NCBI GenBank assembly: GCA_963788195.1
Contig: CAWBGA010000017.1
Location: 640,001-704,000 of the forward strand
Reading direction: 5' to 3'
From: Nitrospirota bacterium
GTDB lineage: Bacteria > Nitrospirota > Nitrospiria > Nitrospirales > NS-4
Length of the DNA: 64,000 nucleotides
The notes below the pieces were generated by a model. That model worked only from the letters and a program-made list of their open reading frames with translations, was not told where the DNA came from and ran no database searches. The stretch's first letter is position 1. Each line of letters opens with the position of its first letter. This document shows positions 30,944-41,262 of this stretch, in pieces. The translations under genes and the position numbers were made by a program.

Positions 30944-33900
30944 TCAATGCCCTCCCTGGACGGCGGAGCCGGCCGGGACGGTCGCGACCGCAGGGCTTCT
31001 GCGCCACAACCGTTGCGTGATGGTGCCCATGAGCACAAAGAAAAGCGGTACGAAGAAAATTGCGAGGACCGTCGCGGAGAGCATTCCGCCGAAGACGCCC
31101 GTGCCAATGGAACGGCGGCTGGCCGCGCCCGCTCCCGAGGCAAGCACCAACGGGACGACACCTAAAATAAACGCCATGGAGGTCATGATAATGGGACGAA
31201 ACCGAAGCTTCGCGGCCTCGATCGCCGCGTCGCGAATCGGTACTCCGCTTTGATACCGATGATTCGCAAATTCCACGATCAGAATGGCGTTCTTGGCGGC
31301 AAGACCGATGAGCGTGACGAGGCCGATCTGGAAGTAGATGTCATTATCGATCCCGACAAGCCAGACCGCACACAACGCGCCGAAGACTCCAAAGGGGACC
31401 GCCAATATCACCGCAAAAGGGACCGACCAGCTTTCGTATTGAGCGGCGAGCACCAGGAATACCATGAGGAGGCCAAACGCAAAGGCGAGAACCGATTGAT
31501 TGCCGACTTGGCGCTCCTGGTAAGAAATGCCGCTCAAATCCAATGAATATCCCTTGGGGATTAAGACCTCCCGCGACGCGCGCTCCAACGCATTTAGTGC
31601 CTGTCCCGAGCTGTATCCCGGTTTCGATCCACCCAGCACCAGCGCGGTGTTTAATCCATTGAAATGCGTCACGGGATCAGGGCCGCTGGCATACTTCGTG
31701 GAGACGACTGTGTCCAATGGGACCATGGTGGTTGTCTGCCCGCTGGCGGCCCGCACGTAGATCTTCGAGACGTCTTCAGGACTGGAACGGTACTCAGGCT
31801 TTCCCTCGGTCTGCACTCGGTAAACGCGCCCGAACTTCACGAAGTCGTTGATATAGAGGTTACCGAAGAACGCCTGCATCGTTTCGAAGATGTCGGAGAT
31901 CGGAATGCCCAAAGACTTGGCTCGTTCCCGATCCACAGTGGCGTATAGCCGCGGCGACGACACACGAAAGTTCGTGCCCGCCGCACCGATCGCCGGGTCC
32001 TGCTGGGCCCGGGCAAGAAATTCCTGCGTGGTGGCGGCAAATTTGCGAAAATCGCCCCCGCTGGGATCCTGCACCTGTGCCGAAAAGCCACCGGTCGCGC
32101 CCAACCCTCTAATAGCCGGCGCATTGAAGGCCAGGATCATCGCTTCGGGGATTTTCGCGAATTCTCCATACGCAGCTCCGAGCAGCGCCTTGACCTTCTG
32201 ATCCGGTCGCTTGCGTTCATCCCAATGGTGAAGCGGAAGGAACATCGTTGCCTGGTTGGATCCCCGCGTGCCGAAAATAAAATTCTGACCGGCCAGCGCA
32301 TCCGTACTGTGGATAACCGGATTCTGCAAAAAGTACTGTTCAAGCTTACTGAGGACGGCGTCCGTTCGCTGCAGGGAGGCGCCGTCCGGAAGCTGCACCA
32401 TCGCGATGAAGTAGCCTTGATCTTCTTCCGGCAAGAAACCGGGCGGGATGATCCTAAAGAGAAAGCCGGCAAGGAGCAAAATAACCCCGAAGACGGCCAG
32501 CGCTAGCAGGTAGCGCTTCAGGATGGTCTCGGACGTCGCCACATACTTGACCCGCGTCCACTCAAAACCTCGATTGAAAACGGCAAAGCCCCGATCGAGG
32601 ATGCCCCCAACCCCTTTGCGGGCTTCTTCCCGTGGCTTCAACACCAGAGCGCAGAGCGCCGGGCTGAGAGTCAGCGCGACAAATCCCGAAATGGTCACGG
32701 CCGTCGCGATGGTAATGGCAAATTGTTGGTAGAGTTGGCCGGTGATCCCTCCTAGAAAGGCGACCGGCACGAACACCGCGCAGAGGACTAAGACAATGGC
32801 GATAATCGGCCCACTCACTTCGGTCATGGCGTTGATCGCGGCCTCCCTGCGCGGCTCTCCAGCCTCCATGTGGCGCTCTACGTTCTCTACCACGACAATG
32901 GCATCGTCCACGACGATGCCGATAGCGAGGACCATGCCGAATAACGTGAGTGTATTGATCGAAAACCCGAGGGCCTCCATCCCCGCAAAGGTACCCATCA
33001 GGGAGACCGGCACGGCCACGGCTGGGATAATGGTCGCCCGCCAGCTCTGAAGGAACAAATACACCACGAGAATGACCAGGATCATTGCAATAACGAGGGT
33101 ATGAATGACCTCTTTGATCGACACTTGGATGAAGGTCGTGGGGTTATAGGGAATGTCATATCTGACGCCGGGAGGAAAGTTCTTTGTCATGCGGTCCATC
33201 TCTTGGCGGATCCGCTTGACGGTAGCCAGCGCGTTTGCCCCGGGGGAAAGAAACGCCAATAGAAAGGTTGTCGGTTTGCCTTTGAAGCGGCCTTCGAGGT
33301 CGTAGGATTGGGCGCCGAGTTCGATTTTTGCCACATCTTTGAGACGAATCATGGACCCGTCCGGGAGAGCTCTGACGATCAGCTCCTCAAACTCCTTCAC
33401 ATCGGTCAACCGACCCTGTGTGATGATTGGAATCGTCAGCTCGGTGCCCTTCGGTGCGGGCTCTCGTCCGATCGTCCCGGACGGAAAATCGCGATTCTGT
33501 TCCCGCACCACAGTAGCAATATCGCCGGGCATGAGGTTGAGCTGCGCCATGCGGACGGGGTCCAGCACCAGGCGCATGCTGTAGTTTTGTGCGCCGAAGA
33601 CCAACGCATCGCCCACGCCGGGTATGCGTTTGAGGTTGTCGATGATTTGCAGGATCGCGTAATTGGCGAGAAAGAGCGTGTCGTGCCGTGGATCAGTGGA
33701 TTCCAGCGTGATCACGGCGAGCAGATCAGGCGATTGTTTCTTGATGGTGATGCCCTGCCGTACGACCTCCGGAGGGAGCTGTGGTTCTGCGAGCTTCTCC
33801 CGGTTCTGGGTTTGCACCTGGGCGATATCGACATTCGTCCCGATTTCGAAGGTGAGGGTGATCGTCATGTGCCCGTCGTTGGTGCTCGTGGAGCTGTAAT

Positions 33901-34132
33901 AGAGAAGATTGTCGATCCCCGGCAGCTGCACTTCGATAGGTCGCGCCACTGCTTCTGCAACCACTTCAGCATTGGCTCCCGGATAGTCGGCATCGATCGT
34001 CACTACCGGGGGCGTGATTTCCGGAAACTGCGCGATGGGCAAGGCCTCGAGGGACACGAACCCGATCACCACAATCACGATTGAGAGGACTGCGGCGAAG
34101 ATGGGCCGTTCAATAAAGAACCGCGAGCTCAC
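30944..34132 (-). CDS. RND efflux permease (HAE1/AcrB family)
   Basis: FFIERPIFA, AIGIVVDDAIVVVENV, KNAILIVEFA, RFRPIIMTS; 1062 aa. Confidence 0.96.
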   Translation of the reverse strand: MSSRFFIERPIFAAVLSIVIVVIGFVSLEALPIAQFPEITPPVVTIDADYPGANAEVVAEAVARPIEVQLPGIDNLLYYSSTSTNDGHMTITLTFEIGTNVDIAQVQTQNREKLAEPQLPPEVVRQGITIKKQSPDLLAVITLESTDPRHDTLFLANYAILQIIDNLKRIPGVGDALVFGAQNYSMRLVLDPVRMAQLNLMPGDIATVVREQNRDFPSGTIGREPAPKGTELTIPIITQGRLTDVKEFEELIVRALPDGSMIRLKDVAKIELGAQSYDLEGRFKGKPTTFLLAFLSPGANALATVKRIRQEMDRMTKNFPPGVRYDIPYNPTTFIQVSIKEVIHTLVIAMILVILVVYLFLQSWRATIIPAVAVPVSLMGTFAGMEALGFSINTLTLFGMVLAIGIVVDDAIVVVENVERHMEAGEPRREAAINAMTEVSGPIIAIVLVLCAVFVPVAFLGGITGQLYQQFAITIATAVTISGFVALTLSPALCALVLKPREEARKGVGGILDRGFAVFNRGFEWTRVKYVATSETILKRYLLALAVFGVILLLAGFLFRIIPPGFLPEEDQGYFIAMVQLPDGASLQRTDAVLSKLEQYFLQNPVIHSTDALAGQNFIFGTRGSNQATMFLPLHHWDERKRPDQKVKALLGAAYGEFAKIPEAMILAFNAPAIRGLGATGGFSAQVQDPSGGDFRKFAATTQEFLARAQQDPAIGAAGTNFRVSSPRLYATVDRERAKSLGIPISDIFETMQAFFGNLYINDFVKFGRVYRVQTEGKPEYRSSPEDVSKIYVRAASGQTTTMVPLDTVVSTKYASGPDPVTHFNGLNTALVLGGSKPGYSSGQALNALERASREVLIPKGYSLDLSGISYQERQVGNQSVLAFAFGLLMVFLVLAAQYESWSVPFAVILAVPFGVFGALCAVWLVGIDNDIYFQIGLVTLIGLAAKNAILIVEFANHRYQSGVPIRDAAIEAAKLRFRPIIMTSMAFILGVVPLVLASGAGAASRRSIGTGVFGGMLSATVLAIFFVPLFFVLMGTITQRLWRRSPAVATVPAGSAVQGGH

Positions 34133-35304
34133 AGGGGACTTTCTGTTTTGGGTGGAGCCGCCGGCGCTGGAGGAGACGCCTCAGGACCGGTAGCGGGGAT
34201 AGGCTTCACAGGCATCCCAGGTCCGATCCTTTGGAGTCCTTCAACGACGACTCGGTCGCCTGCGCGGAGGCCTTCCTGGACAACCCACTGATTGCCTTGC
34301 CACGCTGCCGCCTGAACGTCGCGGATTTCCACCTTGTCGCCTTCTCCCACCACAAACACGACACTCCCCTTCGGCCCTTGCTGGACGGCTTTTTGAGGGA
34401 CCAGAATGACGTCGTTCCTCACTGCTCCCAGGACCCGAAGTTTGACGAACTGCCCGGGAGACAGGGCCTTCTCGGCATTAGGGAACGTCACACGAAAGTC
34501 CCTCGTTCCTGTGGCGGTGCGGACGCCCACCTCGAGCATGTCTAACTTGCCCTCGTGCGGATACGTGCTGCCGTCGGAAAACGTGATCACCCCTTTCAAT
34601 TCGTAGAGAGTTGCACCCTCTATGCGCTTTTCCGCGCGATCCCGAAAACGTTTGAGGACGAAGGTCTCCGGCGCACTCGCGTAGACATACATAGGATCCA
34701 GTTGATGGATCGTCGTGAGAAGATCGGTCTGCGCGGCAATGAGGCGACCCTCGAAGACCTTGCTCCGCTCGACCCGCCCGGAAATCGGCGCGACGATAAG
34801 CGTATTGTCCAGGTCAAACTTGGCTTTCACGACATCGGCGTTCGCTCCTGCCAAAGCGGCCTTCGCCGCGAGCTCTTCCGCAACCGCGTCATCCACGTCT
34901 TTCTGGCTCACCGCCTGCTCAGCGAGCAGCGGCTCGACGCGCTTCTGTTGTTGCTGCGCCTGGACCAATCGCGCCTGCGCTTGGGCAACCCTAGCCTTCG
35001 CGCTGAGATAGGCGGCCTGGAACGGGACGGGGTCGATCTGGTAGAGGCGCTCGCCTTTCTTGACATCACGGCCTTCCGAGAAAAAGCGCTCCTTGAGAAT
35101 GCCCGTCACTTGAGCTCGGATCTCTACTGGACGCGAAGACTCGGTTTGGCCGATAAACTCCGGCGAGTCCGGGATCGTCTGCGGCGTGACCGTGATGATC
35201 TGGACCTCCGGAGCTTGCTGTGCGGGAGCAGACGCCGACTCCTTCTTGCAGGCGAGCAGCGCCGCGAAGCACAGGCACGCGAAGAGCGTTCTTGTCAGTG
35301 TCAT
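34129..35304 (-). CDS. RND periplasmic adaptor (MFP) lipoprotein
   Basis: LLAC lipobox, VEIRAQVTG, APISG, GLRAGDRVVVEG. Confidence 0.94.
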   Translation of the reverse strand: MTLTRTLFACLCFAALLACKKESASAPAQQAPEVQIITVTPQTIPDSPEFIGQTESSRPVEIRAQVTGILKERFFSEGRDVKKGERLYQIDPVPFQAAYLSAKARVAQAQARLVQAQQQQKRVEPLLAEQAVSQKDVDDAVAEELAAKAALAGANADVVKAKFDLDNTLIVAPISGRVERSKVFEGRLIAAQTDLLTTIHQLDPMYVYASAPETFVLKRFRDRAEKRIEGATLYELKGVITFSDGSTYPHEGKLDMLEVGVRTATGTRDFRVTFPNAEKALSPGQFVKLRVLGAVRNDVILVPQKAVQQGPKGSVVFVVGEGDKVEIRDVQAAAWQGNQWVVQEGLRAGDRVVVEGLQRIGPGMPVKPIPATGPEASPPAPAAPPKTESPL

Positions 35305-35385
35305 GGTCGGTTCACGCGGGCTATACTCGCATGCGAACTAAACAAATGTAAACTCCACTTACGTAAATTACAGAAACACATCATT

Positions 35386-36336
35386 TCAAACTCCCACTTT
35401 TTCCGTTAATTCCGTGAGCGGATAATTGCTGGCCCGCCAACTATCAACCCCTCCGACCAGCGGCCGGACCCGCTTGATGCCTCTCCGCTTGAGCCTCACC
35501 GCCATCTGCGCGCTCGTGACCTCGTTCGGACAGGCGCAATACAGGATCACATCACGATCCCGTGGAATTTCATGATGGCGAAGCTCTAATTCTTCGACTG
35601 CTATTTGAAGCGAACCGGGAATCGTATAGGGATCGGCAGTCCGATCGACCGGCCCTCGCAGATCCACAATCATCACCTCGCACCCGGTATCCATCAACTC
35701 CTTGAGCTCGTCGACGGTGATCCGGGCAATGCGCAATTCGCGAAGCAGGCGAATGCGCTTGACGTACTTATACATGATATACAGCGCCAGGGCGGCCACA
35801 GCCAGCACGAGCGCGGAACTTCCAAACTGGTCGGCATAGTCGGCGAGACGCTCGATCTGGTTTGAAAACAGGTAGCCCGGCAGGATAAACGCAAGGATCC
35901 ATAGAAGCGCGCCGAGGCCGTTGTACAGCAAAAATTGCCCCAGGCTGATTTTGAACAGCCCGGCCAGGGCAGGGGTCACGGTGCTCAGACCGGGAAGAAA
36001 CTTTGCGATGACAAGGGATTTCGTCCCGTACTGGACGAAAAAGTTCTCCGTGCGGCGCACGCACGAATCCGGCTCGAGCGAGATGCGGCACAGAAGGCCC
36101 AGCACGCGCGCCCCCCGGTAACGCCCCAGATAATACCAGAGCAGGTCTCCCAACAGGCACGCGCCGAGCGCCAATCCGATGGCCAGTGGAAGGCTCATGT
36201 TCCCGGCGCCGGCAAGCGCGCCGGCCGCGAGCAGCACCGGGCCCGCCGGAATAGGAAGCCCTACCTGCTCGGCAAGGACGACAGCAAAGAGAACAAGCAG
36301 GCCGTAGGTAATGAGAAACTGGGTCACGTCATCCAT
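35386..36336 (-). CDS. DedA/VTT membrane protein fused to rhodanese domain
   Basis: EQVGLPIP, AKFLPGL; C-terminal IVDLR...LYCACPNE...PLVGG..W. Confidence 0.9.
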   Translation of the reverse strand: MDDVTQFLITYGLLVLFAVVLAEQVGLPIPAGPVLLAAGALAGAGNMSLPLAIGLALGACLLGDLLWYYLGRYRGARVLGLLCRISLEPDSCVRRTENFFVQYGTKSLVIAKFLPGLSTVTPALAGLFKISLGQFLLYNGLGALLWILAFILPGYLFSNQIERLADYADQFGSSALVLAVAALALYIMYKYVKRIRLLRELRIARITVDELKELMDTGCEVMIVDLRGPVDRTADPYTIPGSLQIAVEELELRHHEIPRDRDVILYCACPNEVTSAQMAVRLKRRGIKRVRPLVGGVDSWRASNYPLTELTEKVGV

Positions 36337-36348
36337 GGTGATCTCTTA

Positions 36349-36813
36349 TCACAGCCGTTCCTCTTCCAAGTCGTACACATCAAACCAGCGATACACAACG
36401 CGGTTACGCGGGACTGAGACGGCAATGTAGTCCTCCATGTATTCCTGCAATTCAGGCGACAGGTCGCTCAACCGCAGGTCACGTTCCTTATTATTCCAGA
36501 TCACAATGTCGGCACGCGAGCGTTTCTTGGCGTGTTCACCAATCCACGCGGCCACCTCTTCGTCAGTTGCGCCCGTGGCGACAAACGACCTGTACTGATC
36601 ATAGTTGATTTCGGCGAACTTGAGCCACCGCTGATCGAGGGGGCAGTTGGAGTGGTATTCTCCCTGCCACCCGGCGAGGACGGCGCGACACTTGTCCAAC
36701 GCGCGAGCGGCGAGCACGTACCCGCCGAGTACTGCACGGGGGCTGCGCGGAAATTCTTTGCCGTTGCGCAGGTCGCGGGCGAGCAGTTTTACTTTTTCCA
36801 AGTTTTCTGTCAC
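36349..36813 (-). CDS. DUF5069-like protein
   Basis: PRSPR..LGGY....R.LDKCRA...G..GEYH.NCPLD; GTG start after AAAGGAG. Confidence 0.75.
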   Translation of the reverse strand: MTENLEKVKLLARDLRNGKEFPRSPRAVLGGYVLAARALDKCRAVLAGWQGEYHSNCPLDQRWLKFAEINYDQYRSFVATGATDEEVAAWIGEHAKKRSRADIVIWNNKERDLRLSDLSPELQEYMEDYIAVSVPRNRVVYRWFDVYDLEEERL

Positions 36814-36838
36814 GGCCGTCTCCTTTTGAGGGCTCCGA

Positions 36839-37114
36839 TCATCCAGCCCGCATGATCCCTTCCACAATACACTTGTTCAGACAACCCGTCGCCACCAGCG
36901 TGGCTCCTTCCCGATACATTTCCTGGAGGAGGTCTTTGCCTTCCTGATCAATGAACGTGACCGAAGACAGCTCCACACGGGCCCCGGAGACCCCTTGCGC
37001 GGCAGCATTGGACTGCCAAAAGGATTTAAGCTCCTTGACCCAGAGTCCTGCAAGCTTGCCTTCGAGTTCGAGGACGACGACGTCGGCTTCGACCCGGGTG
37101 GTGATTTTTAGCAT
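36839..37114 (-). CDS. Small STAS-domain protein 1
   Basis: MLKIT...LELEGKL.G.WV.EL...VELSSVTFIDQEG. Confidence 0.8.
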   Translation of the reverse strand: MLKITTRVEADVVVLELEGKLAGLWVKELKSFWQSNAAAQGVSGARVELSSVTFIDQEGKDLLQEMYREGATLVATGCLNKCIVEGIMRAG

Positions 37115-37269
37115 TAACGGGTCGGCCTGGCTGATCTATTACGTAGAATTACCGCATCGAGTAAGTCTCCACACGCGATACAGCGCCAGGCCTCCGAGTG
37201 CAATTGCGTATCGTACAGATCATAGAGTCGGTCCCTTACGAGCAAACCTTTGCAGCGACGGCATCTCAT
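37114..37269 (-). CDS. Small zinc-ribbon protein (51 aa, not in ORF track)
   Basis: AAAGGAG RBS; MRCRRCKGLLVRDRLYDLYDTQLHSEAWRCIACGDLLDAVILRNRSARPTR; stop overlaps STAS start (TAATG). Confidence 0.8.
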   Translation of the reverse strand: MRCRRCKGLLVRDRLYDLYDTQLHSEAWRCIACGDLLDAVILRNRSARPTR

Positions 37270-37320
37270 CGTTATGCTCCTTTCAATTGCTGTTCGTGAA
37301 TACGATCCTGTGTCCCAGGC

Positions 37321-38073
37321 TCACATCACCACGCCGCCACTGGCATGGATGTTTTGACCAGTGAGCCAGCGTGCTTGGTCACTCACGATGAACGCGACCA
37401 CATCGGCGATATCCTCTGCAGTTCCTAATCGCTTGAGCGGGGACATCTGCGCGCCCGTGTCGCGAAATGCATCGGGCAACATGTCCGTTTCCGTGAATCC
37501 TGGCGACACGGTGTTGACAGTGACACCCTTGGATGCCAGTTCATAGGCGAGCCCTTTGGTAAACTGCTCAAGCGCGGCTTTGCTTCCCAGATAGGCCGTT
37601 ACACCAGCGAAACCCATGTGGGTTCCGTCAGTCGAAATGTTCACGATGCGGCCACCGTCTTCGATCATTTTCGCGGCTTCCTGCATTGCGAAATACGGAC
37701 CCTTGGTGTTCAGGGCAACGATCTGATCGAATTCCTGCTCGGTCGTTTCGACCAACGGCTTAAAGATGGCCATGCCGGCATTGTTCACCAAGATGTCGAG
37801 TCGCCCATAGCGATCCACCGTTTCGCGGATCAGGCGACGCACGTCCGCGATCTTGCTCATGTCGGCCTGAATCGCAACCGCCTTGCCGCCTTTTGATTCG
37901 ATTCCAGCGACGACTGCCTTCGCCTTGTCCGCACTCTTTCCATAATTCACCACGACCGTGGCTCCCTGCTGAGCAAGCCGTTCCGCAATCGCACGTCCAA
38001 TCCCAGACGAAGCCCCGGTGACGACGGCAATCTTTTCAGTTAGCGAACCCAATTTCTTCTCCCCTTTCTCCAT
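37321..38073 (-). CDS. Short-chain dehydrogenase/reductase
   Basis: TGASSGIG, NNAG, YLGSK catalytic motif. Confidence 0.93.
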   Translation of the reverse strand: MEKGEKKLGSLTEKIAVVTGASSGIGRAIAERLAQQGATVVVNYGKSADKAKAVVAGIESKGGKAVAIQADMSKIADVRRLIRETVDRYGRLDILVNNAGMAIFKPLVETTEQEFDQIVALNTKGPYFAMQEAAKMIEDGGRIVNISTDGTHMGFAGVTAYLGSKAALEQFTKGLAYELASKGVTVNTVSPGFTETDMLPDAFRDTGAQMSPLKRLGTAEDIADVVAFIVSDQARWLTGQNIHASGGVVM

Positions 38074-38092
38074 TGTTGCTTCTCAGCCTTTC

Positions 38093-38713
38093 CTAGGAAC
38101 GCTCTGCACGGACAACCGGCATATCGACGAGGTGCTCCGCCAGGAACCACACTTGAAGTTCGTTGGTGCGGATCACATCGCTCACCAGCAGATCATTCGT
38201 TCCGTCGTCGAGCGCCGTCGCCACTTGTCGCGCTGCCGCTCGGGCTTCCTTCAAAATGATTTCATGGGCCTCCAACAATCGGGAGATCTGCACGGGAGCC
38301 GCCTCCCGACCTCGGGGCGGGCGCGGGATAACGGTAGTTTCCGCGATGTCCGCCGCCATGGCGATACTGACCCCGCCCAGGAGCTGGATCCGCTCAGCGA
38401 TCGCATCCACGAGTTCCACCTGTTCGTCGTGGTGTTTGTCGAACAGCAGGTGCAACTGATAAAAGGTTTTCCCCGCGACCTGCCAGTGATGTTTCTTGTA
38501 CATGTCACGCAGGGTCATGGTATCTGCCAGGAGCTGATTCAGCAGTTCCACGCTGGCTGCACAGGCCGATTCCTCAAGGGCGATTGGCAGTTTGTAGATC
38601 GTGCCGTACGGCTGAATTTCTTGTGCATGGTGATGAAGCATCGGCCGGGCGCCGTTAGTCTCCCGCGGGCTCTTGCTTACTGTCAGGTTCTGGTCAGCAG
38701 TCTTCGTGGTCAT
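38093..38713 (-). CDS. dps: Dps family DNA-protection/ferritin-like protein
   Basis: KKHHWQVAG..FYQLHLLFD...DAIAERI ferroxidase motif. Confidence 0.93.
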   Translation of the reverse strand: MTTKTADQNLTVSKSPRETNGARPMLHHHAQEIQPYGTIYKLPIALEESACAASVELLNQLLADTMTLRDMYKKHHWQVAGKTFYQLHLLFDKHHDEQVELVDAIAERIQLLGGVSIAMAADIAETTVIPRPPRGREAAPVQISRLLEAHEIILKEARAAARQVATALDDGTNDLLVSDVIRTNELQVWFLAEHLVDMPVVRAERS

Positions 38714-38741
38714 ACTCCTCCTCCTATTTACCTGCGTCTTC

Positions 38742-38930
38742 TCAGTTCTTAACTGTCCCGAATCGTCTCATCACACGACCCAGGGACTGTTCATTCGCCA
38801 CATAGAACACTACAGACACATCCTTCTCGCTGCACGGGACGTCACCTTTCCCAATGGCTTCATTTTGAAGACCAGCAGGAAGTTTAAGTCCCGCACAGGT
38901 TCCGTCTGCCAAGGCAAAGGTCATATTCAT
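38742..38930 (-). CDS. Small hypothetical protein, first gene of dps operon
   Basis: GAGGAGG RBS, lies between sigma-54 motif and dps. Confidence 0.45.
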   Translation of the reverse strand: MNMTFALADGTCAGLKLPAGLQNEAIGKGDVPCSEKDVSVVFYVANEQSLGRVMRRFGTVKN

Positions 38931-38971
38931 CGACTTTCCCTCCTCACGTCTCTGTCATGGCTCCATTCATC

Positions 38972-39130
38972 GCAATCCCTGTTCCATCCGCGCCGCCGAT
39001 ATGGTGAGAGGCGCAAAGTCTATGAAACTACGGATGGTTTTATTGCCAGCGAGCTTGTGGTTCCGCTCCAAAGAGAGAAGGTGCCGACAGCACTGTGCCG
39101 AGATATCGGCGCTGTGCCGAAGTGGCGGCC
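38972..39130 (-). promoter_or_regulatory. Sigma-54 promoter plus paired enhancer palindromes (dps operon)
   Basis: TGGAACAGGGATTGC (38972-38986, minus); tgccgagatatcggcg (39096-39111) and tgccgaagtggcggcc (39115-39130). Confidence 0.75.
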
Positions 39131-39448
39131 ATCGAAAACCTGGTAGAAGCTCCTAAAGCAGTATTACTTCAGGGGGAGATGCCGAGCTTTTGCACCCAAA
39201 TTCTGACATACGGAGTTTTACTTGCCATTGGCCCGCAAGAAGAGGAAGTAGCCGATTTTTCTAGGCTCTCGGCAAGCGATCAGCCCACGCCCACCAAGGG
39301 CACCGATGGAAAAGTTTACAGTGCAGCACAAGAAAGTATTTCGGCTTCTGGAAAATCAATGGATTGCAAGGTTGCATGAGAATTGCTTTCTTCAGTTTGG
39401 GGGAAAGTATTTTACTAATTACGGGTGGGTCGTTAATGGAGGTTCCCG

Positions 39449-40345
39449 ATGAATCGAATTATCCTTGGTTTGACTATCATGGTTCTGGTCTGTGCCACGC
39501 CGATGCAGGCAAAGGCGGAAAGCATTCTTGCACTGACCACGACGAATAGTCTCCTGTCATTCGAGAGCAGCACGCCAGGCACCGTGAATTCTATTGGTCC
39601 TGTCACTGGTCTGCAGGCGAGCGAATCATTGTTGGGTATCGATTTTCGTCCGGCGAACCTGCAACTCTATGGGCTCGGTAGCAGCAACCGTCTGTACACG
39701 ATTAATACCGTAACAGGAGCGGCAACTCAGGTCGGAAGTGCCGGCGCCTTTACGCTCAATGGGTTTGATTTTGGGTTCGATTTCAACCCCACAGTAGATC
39801 GGATTCGGGTGACGAGTGATTTGGATCAAAACCTAAGGCTAAATCCAAACGACGGTACGCTTACAGCAACGGATACTATGCTCGCGTACGCCGCCGGCGA
39901 TCCCAACTTTGGGGGAAATCCAGTCATCGTGGGCTCGGCCTATACGAACAACTTTGCGGGTGCCAGTTCGACTGTCTTGTACGGGATCGACTCTGCTCTA
40001 GGCATCCTCGCCACACAGAACCCACCGAACAGCGGCACACTCAACACAATCGGCGGACTGGGCGCAGGTGACATCTCAAGCGGACTCGTCGGCTTCGATA
40101 TTTCCGGACTATCCGGCACGGCCTTTGCGTCGCTGACGGCAGATGCAGCAAACACCTCCCAGCTGTATACGATAAATTTGGGCAGTGGCGCGGCGACTCT
40201 TATCGGGACTATTGGAGGAGGCACTACGATCCGAGGTTTGTCCGTCGCCTCAGCCGCAGTTCCGGAGCCGGCTACAATTATTCTGCTTGCCAGCGGATTA
40301 CTCGCAGTCGCTGCCCGAGCTGTATCCAGACGGCGCAAAAGCTGA
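39449..40345 (+). CDS. DUF4394-like surface protein with PEP-CTERM sorting signal
   Basis: Signal peptide; GIDFRPA, DFNPTVDRIR, AYTNN; C-terminal VPEPATIILLASGLLAVAARAVSRRRKS. Confidence 0.85.
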   Translation: MNRIILGLTIMVLVCATPMQAKAESILALTTTNSLLSFESSTPGTVNSIGPVTGLQASESLLGIDFRPANLQLYGLGSSNRLYTINTVTGAATQVGSAGAFTLNGFDFGFDFNPTVDRIRVTSDLDQNLRLNPNDGTLTATDTMLAYAAGDPNFGGNPVIVGSAYTNNFAGASSTVLYGIDSALGILATQNPPNSGTLNTIGGLGAGDISSGLVGFDISGLSGTAFASLTADAANTSQLYTINLGSGAATLIGTIGGGTTIRGLSVASAAVPEPATIILLASGLLAVAARAVSRRRKS

Positions 40346-40467
40346 CGAGAGACGGCAGTTCTCTTAAATGACCCGAGTTTCTCTAAACTCCGGTCTCGCA
40401 CAGTTCCAGCTTCATCTGAGTTTCCTCATTTGAAAACGGAGGGCCTGTGCGAAAGGTGCTTCGCGAA

Positions 40468-40746
40468 TCACTGGCAGCGCGTCCTTGCTCTCACCAGCGT
40501 CCAGACTGTGATGGCGACCACGCCGACAAGGCCCAAGACATATGACCACGCGGCCAGGTAGAGCGCGCGCATGGTACCAGCGAAATCCGTATCAAGAGCT
40601 AGGTTCGACCCGAACAACGCAAGAACAGCACTGAGTAACAGCAGTCCTGTAACAACTCCAATTTCCCACCTAAAGCTTTTCAACACGCAGTTCCACCAAC
40701 TTATGCTGTGCTGAGATTCCATTGCGGCTTCCTCCTTCCCGCACAT
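40468..40746 (-). CDS. Small two-TM membrane protein
   Basis: Two hydrophobic segments; likely start MESQH after AAGGAGG. Confidence 0.55.
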   Translation of the reverse strand: MCGKEEAAMESQHSISWWNCVLKSFRWEIGVVTGLLLLSAVLALFGSNLALDTDFAGTMRALYLAAWSYVLGLVGVVAITVWTLVRARTRCQ

Positions 40747-40771
40747 GCGACATACGGCGCTTTAGCAAACA

Positions 40772-40888
40772 TCAATTCTTCCGTTCCCCTGTTCGGGCAA
40801 CGGTTCTTGCATTGATCACATCGTAGAGAATCATGGACAGGCCGACTAGGATCATCAACGAAAAGATGATCTCTTGAACGGATCTCAT
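40772..40888 (-). CDS. Small single-TM protein (paralog of 50904..51053)
   Basis: AAAGGAGG RBS; MRSVQEIIFSLMILVGLSMILYDVINARTVARTGERKN. Confidence 0.65.
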   Translation of the reverse strand: MRSVQEIIFSLMILVGLSMILYDVINARTVARTGERKN

Positions 40889-40904
40889 GGCGTCCTCCTT
40901 TGCA

Positions 40905-41237
40905 TCAGCGCCGGGCCGCGAGAACCACCCGCCGATAGCTCGGGTCCCTAGTCCAACTCGCGACACTTTCAGATCTGTCCCTCACAGCCTCCTTGGCCGG
41001 ACCCATCCACGCTGCACTCTCCTTCTTGATCACATCTTGCAGCAGGGCTTCAGCCAGGCAACCGACAGCGAAAACTTCGGCTCCTGAGCGGTAGATTGGG
41101 GCGACCACATGAACAGAGCCAGCCCGCTCGGCCAGATACCAAACCCTTTCAAGTTCGTCCACCCATGGACCGACCAGCTTGCCGTCAAGCTCCAGGACAG
41201 TCCTCTTTCCGTTATCGTGAGACGTGATTTTCAACAT
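40905..41237 (-). CDS. STAS-domain protein 2 with internal in-frame deletion (possible pseudogene)
   Basis: Aligns by eye to 36839..37114 at both ends but lacks the L..VTFID.EG..LL segment. Confidence 0.6.
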   Translation of the reverse strand: MLKITSHDNGKRTVLELDGKLVGPWVDELERVWYLAERAGSVHVVAPIYRSGAEVFAVGCLAEALLQDVIKKESAAWMGPAKEAVRDRSESVASWTRDPSYRRVVLAARR

Positions 41238-41262
41238 GTCCTATTCCTCACTCAAAAAGTGG

